DNA from: an uncultured Methylophilaceae bacterium
Lineage (GTDB): Bacteria > Pseudomonadota > Gammaproteobacteria > Burkholderiales > Methylophilaceae
NCBI GenBank assembly: GCA_903870995.1
Contig: CAIQFD010000021.1
Location: 8,461-72,460 of the forward strand
DNA: 64,000 nucleotides
Reading direction: 5' to 3'
Shown: positions 45,347-57,509 of the stretch, piece by piece
How positions within the stretch are numbered: the first letter of the stretch is position 1
Layout of the letters: each line of letters starts with the position of its first letter
Program-made: the position numbers and the translations under genes
Notes under the pieces: generated by a model
Told to the model about the DNA's origin: nothing
What the model saw: the letters and a program-made list of their open reading frames with translations, nothing else
Databases searched by the model: none

Positions 45347-47914
45347 TTATTCATTGTATTCTTGTCTGTAATTATCAGGAATCATAGAGCTGTTTTTATA
45401 TCCAGTAATGGTTCTATGAAGAATATCAAGTGGACTTGTGCCAATAGAAGTCATTCCTCCAAGAACAAGCTGGTAGAAGAACGCATAGTTTGCTTGAGAG
45501 GCTGCCGTTTGTACCCTTTGAACTACAAGTCGTGATTGCCAGCAGCCTGCATCATACTCAATACCTGTGATCATTTCGACAGTTTTCCCGTCTAAAATTG
45601 AATAGTTAAGATTTGCAAGAGCATAATATCCATGACCAATTGCCCATTGGGTAGAGCCAACTACTTGATTTAAGATGTCTTTCGTATATCGATAGCTTAA
45701 ATTTAAGCTTTTTCCTGGGGTTGGATTGTAACGTAAGCCAATATTCCCCTTCACTAATTGTCCAGAATCAGTATCGTAATCTAAAGCAGAATTAACTTTT
45801 AAGGCATTTGTGATGTTTGCAGACGCTGTTCCTATTAAATCAGATCGATCTCCACTTCGAACTGTTTCGCCAGGCAAGTATACGCGTTGGTTTGTAAAAT
45901 AAACCCGCTCTCCTAAAGAAACCCCGAATAATTGCTTCCCGTTTGAGTCAATTATATGTGAGCTGATTGCTATGCTTAATTGATTTGCATTGTTAACTCT
46001 ATCCCCACCAACATATTGATTCTCTGAGAAAAGTGTGCCCATATTAAGATCGGCCAGTCCACTATCGAATACTGGCATTTTTGATTGGTCTTGATATGGG
46101 ATGTAAACATAGAATAGGCGCGGCTCCAAAGTTTGTGTATAGGATTCATTCCCGTATGTTGCTTCCCTGTCAAAGAAAAGACCACTATCTAAACTGAAAA
46201 TAGGAATATTTCTTGTTGATGATTGGTCAAGCGTTGTGCCGTATTGCGTGGTTGCAATATTTTGATTTACATCTGTCAAATTATAGCCTGCATAATTAAA
46301 TCCAATTTTTGGAGTTATGAATCCATATGCACTATTCATTGGGAAACTTGCACTTGCTTGAGTGAGGAATCGGGAGCCTGACTTTACTGCTTGAGATGTG
46401 GCAAGCGGATCAATTTGAAATTCAGTATATTGGTTTTGTAGTGAGGTTTTTCCCCAGTCGAAATTATCATTCCGGTTGAGTGAGATTTGGGGTAAGCGCT
46501 CGTAAGCATACGAGGAAAGATCTAGGTTTTGAAACTTTTCAATTGTTGTTCCAAATTGCCAACCATATTTGTTGTAATTCAATGTAAATTGTTGAGGTAG
46601 ATTGACCTGGCTAGTTATTAATATCTGTGTTGATAGGTCTGAGAAATATTGATTGTCTGATACCCGGTTATAGTTGATCCCCATACTCAAGCCGTTACCA
46701 AAATCTTGTTTGTTAAATGAGCCAATGAAGTATCTGTCTTTGTGTGTTAAGTTGTCATTAGCTAAGTACTGAACTTGTTCAATACCGTAAGATTTATTTA
46801 CATCCAGTAAATATCTAAACTCACCATTTAATTGTAGACCACGTTTACTTAAGTAACGATTTGTCTCAGTTGCATCCATATCTGGTGATATGTTCCAATA
46901 TATAGGCAGGTCTAGCTCAAATCCGCTGCTAGTAGTGCTCCCCATTGTAGGATTAATAAAGCCTGATTGTCTTTGGTTGGCATATGGGAAGCTCATCCAT
47001 GGCGTGTAGATGATGGGGATTTTTTTAAACTCAATTGTGGCGTTTTCAGCAACTGCTTTATTAGATTCTGTGTTTAGAGTAATTTCTTTTGAGTTGATGT
47101 ACCAATCATCTGAGTTGGTCGAACACGTGGTGTATCTAGCATTAATAAGACGCTTTTTTGTTTCTCCATCAAAATAAAGCATGTCAGCATCGCCTCTGCC
47201 TTGGGGGGTCTTATTCTGATTATCTTTGCTCGTGTTTTGTTTGTACTCGCTAAACGTTAAAGGAGATTGTCCGGGGCTTATTGATCCTCCTAAAATCGTT
47301 CTGTCAGGGGCTACCGTGAAAATGCTTTTGTAAAGTGTAAAAACAGGAGCTACCATTTCACCAGTTGAATTATCAATGTTCTGATAAAGCTGAGGCCCTT
47401 TTGCAAGTAAATCTTTGTTGTCAAATATGGCGTTTCCTGATGACGTTAGTGAGTGATTGATGAGGTCGAACTCAATGCGATCGCCACTAATTGATGAGCT
47501 TTTGTTTTTCAACAGGCCCTTTCCAAGAACTGTCAGGTTTCGGTCCAGAAGCTCCTCAATGCGGTCTCCTTCAATGATCACACCACCATTAGCAATGATA
47601 GTTTTTTCATTATCCAATTCTTTTTTAATGCTTAACTCGTCGAGCGGTTGACTGTCTTCTAGATTGTTAAGACTGTCAAAATTATTAATACTTTTGCTCA
47701 TTCGTAGCTTTATACGAATATCCGTTTTTGGAATGGGAGACTGATCGTTCGCTTCAAAGGAGGCTGCTGTTTGCAGTAGTTCGTGGTCGAGTGTAAGCCC
47801 CACAGTTGTGTTGCTCTCAGCCATGCTTTCAGATGACTTGATGTCATCTGCCCAAGCAATTTGCGTCCTTAAAACAACAAGGATTGCACTAAAAATAAAT
47901 GAGGTAAATTTCAA
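45347..47914 (-). CDS. lptD: LPS-assembly outer membrane protein LptD
   Basis: 855 aa with signal peptide (M)KFTSFIFSAILVVLRTQIAWA, an N-terminal OstA-like domain and a large Tyr/Asn-rich beta-barrel. TTG start codon. Position upstream of surA. Confidence 0.88.
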   Translation of the reverse strand: MKFTSFIFSAILVVLRTQIAWADDIKSSESMAESNTTVGLTLDHELLQTAASFEANDQSPIPKTDIRIKLRMSKSINNFDSLNNLEDSQPLDELSIKKELDNEKTIIANGGVIIEGDRIEELLDRNLTVLGKGLLKNKSSSISGDRIEFDLINHSLTSSGNAIFDNKDLLAKGPQLYQNIDNSTGEMVAPVFTLYKSIFTVAPDRTILGGSISPGQSPLTFSEYKQNTSKDNQNKTPQGRGDADMLYFDGETKKRLINARYTTCSTNSDDWYINSKEITLNTESNKAVAENATIEFKKIPIIYTPWMSFPYANQRQSGFINPTMGSTTSSGFELDLPIYWNISPDMDATETNRYLSKRGLQLNGEFRYLLDVNKSYGIEQVQYLANDNLTHKDRYFIGSFNKQDFGNGLSMGINYNRVSDNQYFSDLSTQILITSQVNLPQQFTLNYNKYGWQFGTTIEKFQNLDLSSYAYERLPQISLNRNDNFDWGKTSLQNQYTEFQIDPLATSQAVKSGSRFLTQASASFPMNSAYGFITPKIGFNYAGYNLTDVNQNIATTQYGTTLDQSSTRNIPIFSLDSGLFFDREATYGNESYTQTLEPRLFYVYIPYQDQSKMPVFDSGLADLNMGTLFSENQYVGGDRVNNANQLSIAISSHIIDSNGKQLFGVSLGERVYFTNQRVYLPGETVRSGDRSDLIGTASANITNALKVNSALDYDTDSGQLVKGNIGLRYNPTPGKSLNLSYRYTKDILNQVVGSTQWAIGHGYYALANLNYSILDGKTVEMITGIEYDAGCWQSRLVVQRVQTAASQANYAFFYQLVLGGMTSIGTSPLDILHRTITGYKNSSMIPDNYRQEYNE

Positions 47915-48113
47915 TATCAGTATTCGCGAATATTAAATTAAGCGCGTGTTTCTTTTTGGGTGATAAAATCGCACAGTAAATAGTCTCTCACGCAGCTTTT
48001 TTGTTATCCCCGTATGATAGCCTAAAGATGTGTTTTTTTAGCTTTTTTGAACAATAAAAATGGCAGTTTTAGCGTTTTTAGCCTCAAATAATTTTTGTTG
48101 ATGGATAGATAAA

Positions 48114-49789
<1,676 letters not shown>

Positions 49790-49798
49790 GAAAATTTT

Positions 49799-51109
49799 AT
49801 GGCAATTAATCTCAATGAATTTAGCGCAAGACGTCATCGCTTGATGCAGAAAATGGGCGAGGGCGTGGCGGTTATCCCTACATCCCCAGAGCTCATTCGC
49901 AATCGTGATAGCCATTATCCCTTCCGTTTTGATAGCTATTTTTACTACCTCACAGCCTTTAAAGAGCCTGAGTCTGTTTTAATTATTATTGCTGGCGCAA
50001 AGCCTAAAACCGTCTTGTTTTGTCGCGATAAAGACATGGAACGCGAGATTTGGGATGGCTTTCGCTATGGACCTGCAGCGGTGGTGACAGAGTTCGGGAT
50101 TGATGAGGCTTACTCGATTAATCAATTGGATGAAGTTGCCCCCAAATTATTAGCGAATCAAGCTAAGCTATTTTATAGCTTAGGCGCTGATTCCGCTTGG
50201 GATGTGCGTGTTACAACTTGGCTTAATCAACTCCGTTCGCAAGCAAGATTAGGGGTGAGCGTGCCTGATGAGATTGTCGATGTTCGTAAGCTTCTTGATG
50301 CAATGCGTTTATATAAGTCGGCGTATGAAATTGAAACCATGCGCCAGTCCGCCAATATCGCCGCTGTGGCGCATCAGCGTGCTATGCAATTCACTAAGCC
50401 GGGCATGATGGAGTACGAGATTGAAGCGGAATTTTTGCATGAGTTTTATCGTCGTGGTGCTCAAGCGCCAGCGTACACAAGCATCGTTGCTGGTGGAGCG
50501 AATGCTTGTACTTTGCATTACAACGCCAATAACGCTAAATTGCGTGATGGGGATTTACTTTTGATTGACGCGGGTTGCGAGTTGGATGGTTATGCTTCCG
50601 ACATTACCCGTACATTTCCTGTGAATGGTAAATTCAGTGCGCCGCAAAAAGATCTATACGAGTTGGTGTTAGCCTCACAAGCCGCAGCGATTGCTAAAGT
50701 GTCACCAAGCCATCATTGGAATGCACCGCATGAGGCCGCTTTGGATGTGCTTGTTCGTGGCTTTATTGATTTTGGTTTGTGCAAAGGTAGTCCAGAAGAG
50801 GTTCTGGAAACGGGAAGTTATCGCCAGTTTTACATGCATCGCACAGGTCATTGGTTAGGCTTGGATGTGCATGATGCTGGTGAATATAAAGATAAACAAG
50901 GTGATTGGTGCATGCTTGAAAAGGGCATGGCATTAACGGTTGAGCCGGGTTGTTATGTCCGTCCAGCAGAAAATGTTCCTGAGCATTTTTGGAATATCGG
51001 TATCCGTATTGAAGATGATGTCATTGTGACTGAAAGTGGTTGTGAAGTGATTACCAAAGCCGCACCTAAAACGGTTTCTGAGATAGAGGCATTGATGCAC
51101 GATGACTGA
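49799..51109 (+). CDS. pepP: Xaa-Pro aminopeptidase
   Basis: M24B metal ligand motifs DAGCELDGYASDITRT, HRTGHWLGLDVHD and IRIEDD. Confidence 0.9.
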   Translation: MAINLNEFSARRHRLMQKMGEGVAVIPTSPELIRNRDSHYPFRFDSYFYYLTAFKEPESVLIIIAGAKPKTVLFCRDKDMEREIWDGFRYGPAAVVTEFGIDEAYSINQLDEVAPKLLANQAKLFYSLGADSAWDVRVTTWLNQLRSQARLGVSVPDEIVDVRKLLDAMRLYKSAYEIETMRQSANIAAVAHQRAMQFTKPGMMEYEIEAEFLHEFYRRGAQAPAYTSIVAGGANACTLHYNANNAKLRDGDLLLIDAGCELDGYASDITRTFPVNGKFSAPQKDLYELVLASQAAAIAKVSPSHHWNAPHEAALDVLVRGFIDFGLCKGSPEEVLETGSYRQFYMHRTGHWLGLDVHDAGEYKDKQGDWCMLEKGMALTVEPGCYVRPAENVPEHFWNIGIRIEDDVIVTESGCEVITKAAPKTVSEIEALMHDD

Positions 51110-52265
51110 GTCCGTCATTATCGTTGGCGGAGGGCCAGTGGGTGCCACTTTGGCGTTAACGCTTCAACATAAAGGCATCGCAGTGACTATGCTGGAAGCG
51201 CGTGCTAAAGGTTCAGCCTATCAAGATCAACGTGCTTTGGCGCTTTCTTATGGTAGCCGTGCCATTTTGGAAAAATTAGGCGTTTGGCAAAAGTTAGAGA
51301 GTCAAGCGACAGCGATTAATACCATTCATATTTCTCAGCGGGGTAGTTTTGGGCGCAGCTTGCTAAAAGCACAAGATCATGATTTGCCTGCTTTGGGTTA
51401 TGTGCTTTCTTATGGCGCACTCACGCAAGCTTTAGATGAGGCGTTGAATGCTTTTGATGGTGTGAATGTCATCTATGAGGCAGAGGCAACGCATATTGAA
51501 CCGGCCCCTGATGCTGCGACAGTCAAATTTAATCATGAATCAAGATCACAACAATTAAGCAGCTCGTTACTCGTGTTGGCTGATGGGGGTCGTAGCTTGG
51601 GTGATATTCCCGGTATAGCCCGTGAAACTAAAATGTACGGACATGATGCTTTAGTCACCAAGGTGACATGTGAGTTGCCACACAACAATGTTGCTTATGA
51701 GCGCTTCACGCCGATGGGGCCTGTGGCTTTACTTCCTAATGGTAAAGACTTCTCATTGGTGTGGACGGGCAAAGAAGACGAAGTCGCCGCCGTCATGGCT
51801 TTAGAGGACGCTGATTTTTTAAGCCAATTACATCAACATTTTGGCGACCGTGTAGGGCGGTTTTTAAGTGTTGGCAAACGACTAACTTTTCCACTTAAAC
51901 TTTCATATCTCAATCCAGTCACCGCGCCGCACTTAGTGGTGATTGGTAATGCTGCACAAACTATGCACCCTGTGGCTGGACAAGGGTTTAATGTCGGCTT
52001 GAGAGATGCTTATGAGTTAGCACATCAGATCGCACAAACTTCACCAGAGGCTTGGGGGCAAGACGCCATGATGCGCGCTTATCAAAAAGGCCGAAAGACG
52101 GATACTAAGCGAGGCTTAATGTTCACTGATTTTTTAGTTAACTTATTCTCCAATGATATTGTCGGCGTTTCTAGTTTGCGAGGCATGAGCTTGGGGTTGC
52201 TCGATTTACTCAAGCCAGTTAAGTCTCGCTTAGTCAGAAAAATGAGCTTTGGGAGTCGCGGTTAA
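51102..52265 (+). CDS. ubiH: UbiH-family FAD-dependent ubiquinone-biosynthesis hydroxylase
   Basis: IVGGGPVGA dinucleotide fold and GNAAQTMHPVAGQGFN. The pepP-ubiH-ubiI order matches E. coli. Overlaps pepP by 8 nt. Confidence 0.8.
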   Translation: MTESVIIVGGGPVGATLALTLQHKGIAVTMLEARAKGSAYQDQRALALSYGSRAILEKLGVWQKLESQATAINTIHISQRGSFGRSLLKAQDHDLPALGYVLSYGALTQALDEALNAFDGVNVIYEAEATHIEPAPDAATVKFNHESRSQQLSSSLLVLADGGRSLGDIPGIARETKMYGHDALVTKVTCELPHNNVAYERFTPMGPVALLPNGKDFSLVWTGKEDEVAAVMALEDADFLSQLHQHFGDRVGRFLSVGKRLTFPLKLSYLNPVTAPHLVVIGNAAQTMHPVAGQGFNVGLRDAYELAHQIAQTSPEAWGQDAMMRAYQKGRKTDTKRGLMFTDFLVNLFSNDIVGVSSLRGMSLGLLDLLKPVKSRLVRKMSFGSRG

Positions 52266-53438
52266 ATGCATCAAATGGTCAAGCAATACGATATCGTGAT
52301 TGTCGGTGCTGCATTGGTGGGTGCTTCTGCGGCAGTGGCGTTGGCTAAACAAGGATTTAATGTTGCCTTGGTTGATAGAAAATCTCCACTTTTACCAACA
52401 AGAAATGATGAAATTTGGGATAGTCGTATTTATGCGATTAGCCCTGGAAATGCAGATTGGCTAAAAGATTTAGGTGTTTGGCAACGCATGAATGTTGATA
52501 GAGTCACACCAATTGCAGCCATGCAAATTTGGAGTGATACCAATCTTGAGCCCTTAGCCTTTGATGCTGAAGATGCCTTTGCAAATAATCTTGGATATAT
52601 TCTTGAGAGTAGCGCTTTGCAACAAGCATTATTGGATGAATTGCAAACCTTAGATGTTGATGTGCTGATAGGCGAGGGTGCTTCAATCGATTTGAATGAA
52701 CAAGATGCGGGCTTAACGCTTTTAGATGGCACGCGGATAAGTGCAAAGTTAATGATTGCTGCCGATGGTGGAAGCTCTTGGGTGCGAGAAAACGCAGGCT
52801 TGAGCCAACAAAAAACTAGTTATGAGCATGTCGGCGTAGTCGCTAATTTTGAGGTTGAATTGCCACATCAACATATTGCAAGACAATGGTTTCTAGAAGA
52901 GGGCATTTTGGCTTGGCTGCCTCTAGCAGGTAACAGAATTTCGATGGTATTTTCTACCAAGCAATCAGAGAATCTCATGGCGTTAAGCTCAGTCGAATTG
53001 GCTGAGTATGTTGCGCAATCTGGTGGAAATACGTTAGGGAAAATGCGCTTGATTACCCCTGCGGTAGGTTTTCCATTGGTCAAGCAAAACGCGAGTGCTT
53101 TGATTGCCAATCGACTAGTTTTGGTAGGTGATGCAGCGCATCAAGTCCATCCAATGGCAGGGCAGGGCGTGAATCTTGGTTTCCGCGATGTGGTTGAGTT
53201 GGTGCAGGTGCTTGCTGAGCGTAACCCTCTTGCTGATATCGGCGATCGATTTGTATTGCGTCGATATGAACGTGCGAGAAAAGCGGATGTATTATCTATG
53301 CAAGGCTTAACGCATGGATTGTATGGTGCTTTCGATAGTAAACAAGCCTTGGTAAGAGCTGTGCGTAATTGGGGCATGAGCTTACCGAATCGCCACCCAA
53401 TACTCAAACGCGCTTTAATGAAGCAAGCGCTGATCTAA
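52266..53438 (+). CDS. ubiI: UbiI/VisC/UbiF-family FAD-dependent hydroxylase
   Basis: IVGAALVGA and GDAAHQVHPMAGQGVN. The ATG immediately follows the ubiH stop. The exact hydroxylation step is not assignable from sequence. Confidence 0.7.
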   Translation: MHQMVKQYDIVIVGAALVGASAAVALAKQGFNVALVDRKSPLLPTRNDEIWDSRIYAISPGNADWLKDLGVWQRMNVDRVTPIAAMQIWSDTNLEPLAFDAEDAFANNLGYILESSALQQALLDELQTLDVDVLIGEGASIDLNEQDAGLTLLDGTRISAKLMIAADGGSSWVRENAGLSQQKTSYEHVGVVANFEVELPHQHIARQWFLEEGILAWLPLAGNRISMVFSTKQSENLMALSSVELAEYVAQSGGNTLGKMRLITPAVGFPLVKQNASALIANRLVLVGDAAHQVHPMAGQGVNLGFRDVVELVQVLAERNPLADIGDRFVLRRYERARKADVLSMQGLTHGLYGAFDSKQALVRAVRNWGMSLPNRHPILKRALMKQALI

Positions 53439-53491
53439 ATCTTTTAAGCAGTAAATTTAAAAATTATTAGGAAGGCGACTTAGGAATCCCC

Positions 53492-54211
53492 ATGTTAAAA
53501 AAATCACTTATTGCAGCACTTATCTCAATTTACGCTACAAGCGTATGGGCGGATGAAGCCTCATTAAAAAAAGCGGTTGAAGCTGCTTATCCAAAAATGA
53601 CAGTGGAGAGTGTTGTTAAAACCCCTTACGCTGGGCTTTATGAAGTCTATATGAATGGTCAAATCGTTTACACAGATGAGAAATTTACTTTCTTGATTGC
53701 AGAAGGGCATTTGGTTGATTCAAAAACTAAAAAAGACGTGACTGGTGAACGTGTCGCTGATTTGTCTAAAATCGATTTTGCAGCATTGCCGTTAGACCAA
53801 GCGATTAAAGTGGTCAAAGGCAATGGTAGTCGAAAAATGGCCGTATTTTCAGATCCTGATTGTCCATTTTGTAAGCGCTTAGAGCAAAATGAATTAAGCA
53901 ATATTACTGATGTGACAATTTATACATTTTTAATGCCTTTGGAGCAGTTGCATCCTGATGCGGCTAATAAAGCCAAAGCTATTTGGTGTTCGGGCGATAA
54001 GGCAAAAGCTTGGCAAGATTGGGCGCTTAATAATCAGCTACCTAAAAAAACGGCTAATTGTGATGCGCCTCTTGAAAAGGTTGCAAATTTAGCACGTAAG
54101 CTTGGCGTAACCAGCACACCAACTATCTTCTTCGCAGATGGTAAGCGTATGTTGGGCGCATATCCTGCTGCGGAAATTGAAAAAGCATTGGTCGCTTCAC
54201 CTAAGAAATAA
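53492..54211 (+). CDS. dsbC: thiol:disulfide interchange protein DsbC
   Basis: Signal peptide, an N-terminal dimerisation domain and a thioredoxin fold with CPFC. Confidence 0.85.
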   Translation: MLKKSLIAALISIYATSVWADEASLKKAVEAAYPKMTVESVVKTPYAGLYEVYMNGQIVYTDEKFTFLIAEGHLVDSKTKKDVTGERVADLSKIDFAALPLDQAIKVVKGNGSRKMAVFSDPDCPFCKRLEQNELSNITDVTIYTFLMPLEQLHPDAANKAKAIWCSGDKAKAWQDWALNNQLPKKTANCDAPLEKVANLARKLGVTSTPTIFFADGKRMLGAYPAAEIEKALVASPKK

Positions 54212-54232
54212 GTTAGCGAGTAAGCGTTTTGG

Positions 54233-54264
54233 ATAAGGGGTGAAGAGATCTCTTCACCCCTTAT
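54233..54264. terminator. perfect 32-nt palindromic hairpin between convergent dsbC and pilC
   Basis: ATAAGGGGTGAAGAGA / TCTCTTCACCCCTTAT. The flanking T-tracts are weak, so function as an intrinsic terminator is plausible but not certain. Confidence 0.5.
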
Positions 54265-54286
54265 TGCGTCTTTAGTGTGGATCTTT

Positions 54287-55501
54287 TTAACCGACCACTT
54301 CGCCCATCTTAAAGATAGGTAAGTACATCGCAATCACTAAGCCACCAATCAGAACACCTAATACCACCATGATGACTGGCTCCATGAGGCTTGAGATGGC
54401 GGCCACCGCATCATCCACTTCCGCTTCATAAAAATCAGCGACTTTTGCAAGCATTTCATCAAGCGCCCCTGACTCTTCTCCAATCGCGACCATTTGTATC
54501 ACCATGTTGGGGAATACATTGGTATTGTCCATCGCTACAGTTAGGCTAGTGCCCGTACTGATTTCTTTTTGAATGTTTTGGGTTGCAAGGAAATACACAC
54601 GGTTGCCAGAAGCGCCTGCCACGGATTCTAGCGCTTCAACTAAAGGCACGCCGGCGGCAAACATGGTGGATAATGTGCGCGAAAATCGGGCGATGGTGGC
54701 TTTTTTGATGAGTTCGCCAAAAATAGGTAATTTAAGTAATAACCTATCCATGGTGTTTTGCATGTTAACTGAGCGTTTCCATGTGTAAAAGAAAAACCAA
54801 AGACCGCCACCTATGGTACTGAAAATCAGCCACCAATAAGCGACAAAAGCATCAGAAATTGCCATCACCAGTAAGGTTGGGGCTGGCAACTGAGCCCCAA
54901 AGCTTGAGAACAAATCTTTAAAAGCAGGCACCACAAAAATCATAATCACAGCAGTAATCACAAATGCCACCACGATGATGGAAATGGGGTAAATTAATGC
55001 CGATTTAATTTTGCTTTTAATGGCTAGAATTTTTTCTTTGTAGCTAGCTAAGCGATCTAACAAGCTATCTAAAATACCAGCTTGTTCACCTGCACCGATG
55101 AGGTTGCAAAATAAGCTATCAAAATACAACGGGTGTTTTCTAAATGCTTGACTAAGGCTACTCCCAGTTTCCACATCGCTTTTGATATCCGCCAATAATT
55201 TGGTGACAGAAGGGTTGTTATTGCCTTTGCCTACGATATCGAAAACTTGCAACAGCGGGACGCCAGCTTTGAGCATCGTCGCTAGTTGGCGGGTAAATAA
55301 AGTGACATCTTTTTCTGTAATTTTTTTAGGGCGTTTAAATCCACTTTGTTTCTTAACGGTGATGTTACTGATGCCCTGACGACGAATGGTGGCACTGACG
55401 AAAATCTCACTTGCGGCTTTCATTTCCCCCTTAATACGTTTGCCCTTTTTATCAAGGCCTTCCCATTGGAAGATAAATTCTTTTTTTGCGATGACAGCCA
55501 T
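54287..55501 (-). CDS. pilC: type IV pilus inner-membrane platform protein PilC (GspF family)
   Basis: 404 aa with two GspF-type repeats and 3 TM segments. Lies directly downstream of pilB. Confidence 0.88.
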   Translation of the reverse strand: MAVIAKKEFIFQWEGLDKKGKRIKGEMKAASEIFVSATIRRQGISNITVKKQSGFKRPKKITEKDVTLFTRQLATMLKAGVPLLQVFDIVGKGNNNPSVTKLLADIKSDVETGSSLSQAFRKHPLYFDSLFCNLIGAGEQAGILDSLLDRLASYKEKILAIKSKIKSALIYPISIIVVAFVITAVIMIFVVPAFKDLFSSFGAQLPAPTLLVMAISDAFVAYWWLIFSTIGGGLWFFFYTWKRSVNMQNTMDRLLLKLPIFGELIKKATIARFSRTLSTMFAAGVPLVEALESVAGASGNRVYFLATQNIQKEISTGTSLTVAMDNTNVFPNMVIQMVAIGEESGALDEMLAKVADFYEAEVDDAVAAISSLMEPVIMVVLGVLIGGLVIAMYLPIFKMGEVVG

Positions 55502-55515
55502 TGATTTGTGTCCTG

Positions 55516-57219
55516 TTAAATATTGGTAACTGATTCAATCTCGGAAAGTGACGTGAGGCCTTGCTTTACTTTGAGCAACCCAGACTGTCTTAAATCTTTT
55601 ACGCCTTCCCGTTTTGCTTGGTCAGCAATGTCGTGTGAGGTGCCGTTTTTCATGATGATGCGGCTGATTGCTTCGGTGACAGGCATGACTTGATAAATGC
55701 CGACGCGACCTTTATAGCCCGCTGTGCAATGCTCACAACCTTCTTCGTTTGCGGCATAAGGTTGCCAACTGCCGTCAATTTCTGAGTCGGCGAATCCCAT
55801 GCTAATAAGCATTTCTTTTGGTACTTGAATTGGTTTTCGGCAATGTGGACACAGGCGTCTTGCTAAGCGCTGCGCTGTGATAAGTGAGACGGCTGATGCA
55901 ATATTAAAGGGCGCTACGCCCATATTCATTAAACGCGTCAGGGTGGATGGTGCATCGTTGGTATGGAGCGTCGATAGCACCATGTGGCCAGTCGAGGCGG
56001 CTTTAATCGCCATGTCCGCAGTTTCTAAATCCCGAATCTCACCAATCATGATGATGTCAGGATCTTGTCGTAAAAAAGCGCGCAATGCCGCCGCAAAAGT
56101 GAGGCCTTGTTTCTCGTTGACGTTGACTTGATTAATGCCAGGCAAGGGTATTTCCGCAGGGTCTTCAGCGGTTGAAATATTCACATCTGGTCGATTAAGA
56201 ATATTAAGACAGGTGTAGAGAGAAACCGTCTTGCCTGAGCCAGTAGGCCCTGTGACTAACACCAAACCATAAGGGCGGCTGACTGCATTAAGTAATGCTT
56301 CTTTTTGTTCGGGCTCATAGCCAAGCGCCTCGATCCCCAGTGTGGCACTACTTGGATCCAAAATCCGCATCACGATTTTTTCGCCGTTAATCATGGGTAA
56401 AGTACTCACCCGAAAATCAATATGGCGGGTTTTTGATAGCGTTAATTTCATGCGACCATCTTGAGGAATGCGCTTTTCAGAAATGTCTAAATTGGAGATC
56501 ACTTTAATGCGTGAAGCCATTTTTTCTTTGATGGTGAGTGGTGGTTGGCTCACTTCGCGCAAAACGCCATCAACACGATAACGAATCCGATAAAATTTCT
56601 CATAGGGCTCGAAGTGAATATCGGATGCCCCAAGATTAATGGCATCTAATAGGATTTTTTGGATATATTTAACGACAGGGTCATCATCAACTTCGATTGG
56701 TTGCGCATCATCTTTTTTATGTGCGGCATCTTCGCTTTCATCATTCTCATCTAAAAGCGATTGCATACTCGCTTCACTAGACTCACCAATGCGGTCTATC
56801 CTTTTTCCTAACTTATCATCCTCCACGATGATGATGGAGATTGTCATGCTCGCTTGGAATTGAATTTCGTCTAAAGTTTGAGTCGCTTGAGTGGGGTCTG
56901 AAACCGCAAAAAAGAGCATATTGCCTCTTGCTAATAGAGGCATAAGCCGCTTGGACTGCATTAACTCGGCATCAATCATTTTGGCTGGCACAAAGTCAGC
57001 AGGAAGCGCATTCAAATCAAACACTGGAAATCCAAGCGTGCGTGCAAGGGATTCTGCAATTTCAATGGCTTTGAGTTGTTTGTTTTGGATGACTTGAGAG
57101 ATAAACGCAATGCCGCTACTAGTTGCTTGTGCACTCGCTGCAATCGCCTGAGCCTCTGTGAGCAGTTGGTTTTGCACTAAGATGCGCGCCAGTCCGACGA
57201 GTTTTTGAGATGTGTTCAT
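55516..57219 (-). CDS. pilB: type IV pilus assembly ATPase PilB (GspE family)
   Basis: Walker A GPTGSGKT, Asp/His boxes and the tetracysteine motif CPHC...CEHC. 567 aa. Confidence 0.92.
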   Translation of the reverse strand: MNTSQKLVGLARILVQNQLLTEAQAIAASAQATSSGIAFISQVIQNKQLKAIEIAESLARTLGFPVFDLNALPADFVPAKMIDAELMQSKRLMPLLARGNMLFFAVSDPTQATQTLDEIQFQASMTISIIIVEDDKLGKRIDRIGESSEASMQSLLDENDESEDAAHKKDDAQPIEVDDDPVVKYIQKILLDAINLGASDIHFEPYEKFYRIRYRVDGVLREVSQPPLTIKEKMASRIKVISNLDISEKRIPQDGRMKLTLSKTRHIDFRVSTLPMINGEKIVMRILDPSSATLGIEALGYEPEQKEALLNAVSRPYGLVLVTGPTGSGKTVSLYTCLNILNRPDVNISTAEDPAEIPLPGINQVNVNEKQGLTFAAALRAFLRQDPDIIMIGEIRDLETADMAIKAASTGHMVLSTLHTNDAPSTLTRLMNMGVAPFNIASAVSLITAQRLARRLCPHCRKPIQVPKEMLISMGFADSEIDGSWQPYAANEEGCEHCTAGYKGRVGIYQVMPVTEAISRIIMKNGTSHDIADQAKREGVKDLRQSGLLKVKQGLTSLSEIESVTNI

Positions 57220-57340
57220 GGGCGTTTGTCAGGACAAATGAAACTGAATTTGCCTTTGTGTTTCCTGTCGTATTTAGACAGATAATGCCCTCGCCATTTT
57301 TATTTGTAAATAGGGTTAACCTATTAATTTATTTATATAA

Positions 57341-57360
57341 AATGTTAAAAAATTAACATT
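57341..57360. promoter_or_regulatory. palindrome upstream of pilB (candidate operator)
   Basis: AATGTTAA-AAAA-TTAACATT, about 120 nt upstream of the pilB ATG. A second 10-bp palindrome AATTGCAATT lies at 57376-57385. The AT-rich context raises the chance expectation. Confidence 0.25.
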
Positions 57361-57448
57361 AAATTAAACAATCTTAATTGCAATTGGAATGAAGCGTTTA
57401 GGTCATTAATTGATGGTTTTTTGAGTTACTGGCAATCACTCTTAAATG

Positions 57449-57486
57449 AAAAAAGGCTTGAAGCAAATGCTCCAAGCCTTTTTTAT
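57449..57486 (-). terminator. rho-independent terminator after icd
   Basis: Stem GGCTTGAAGC / GCTCCAAGCC (1 mismatch), flanked by A- and T-runs. Confidence 0.7.
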
Positions 57487-57509
57487 TTTTAAGCAATTAA
57501 ACCGATTTA

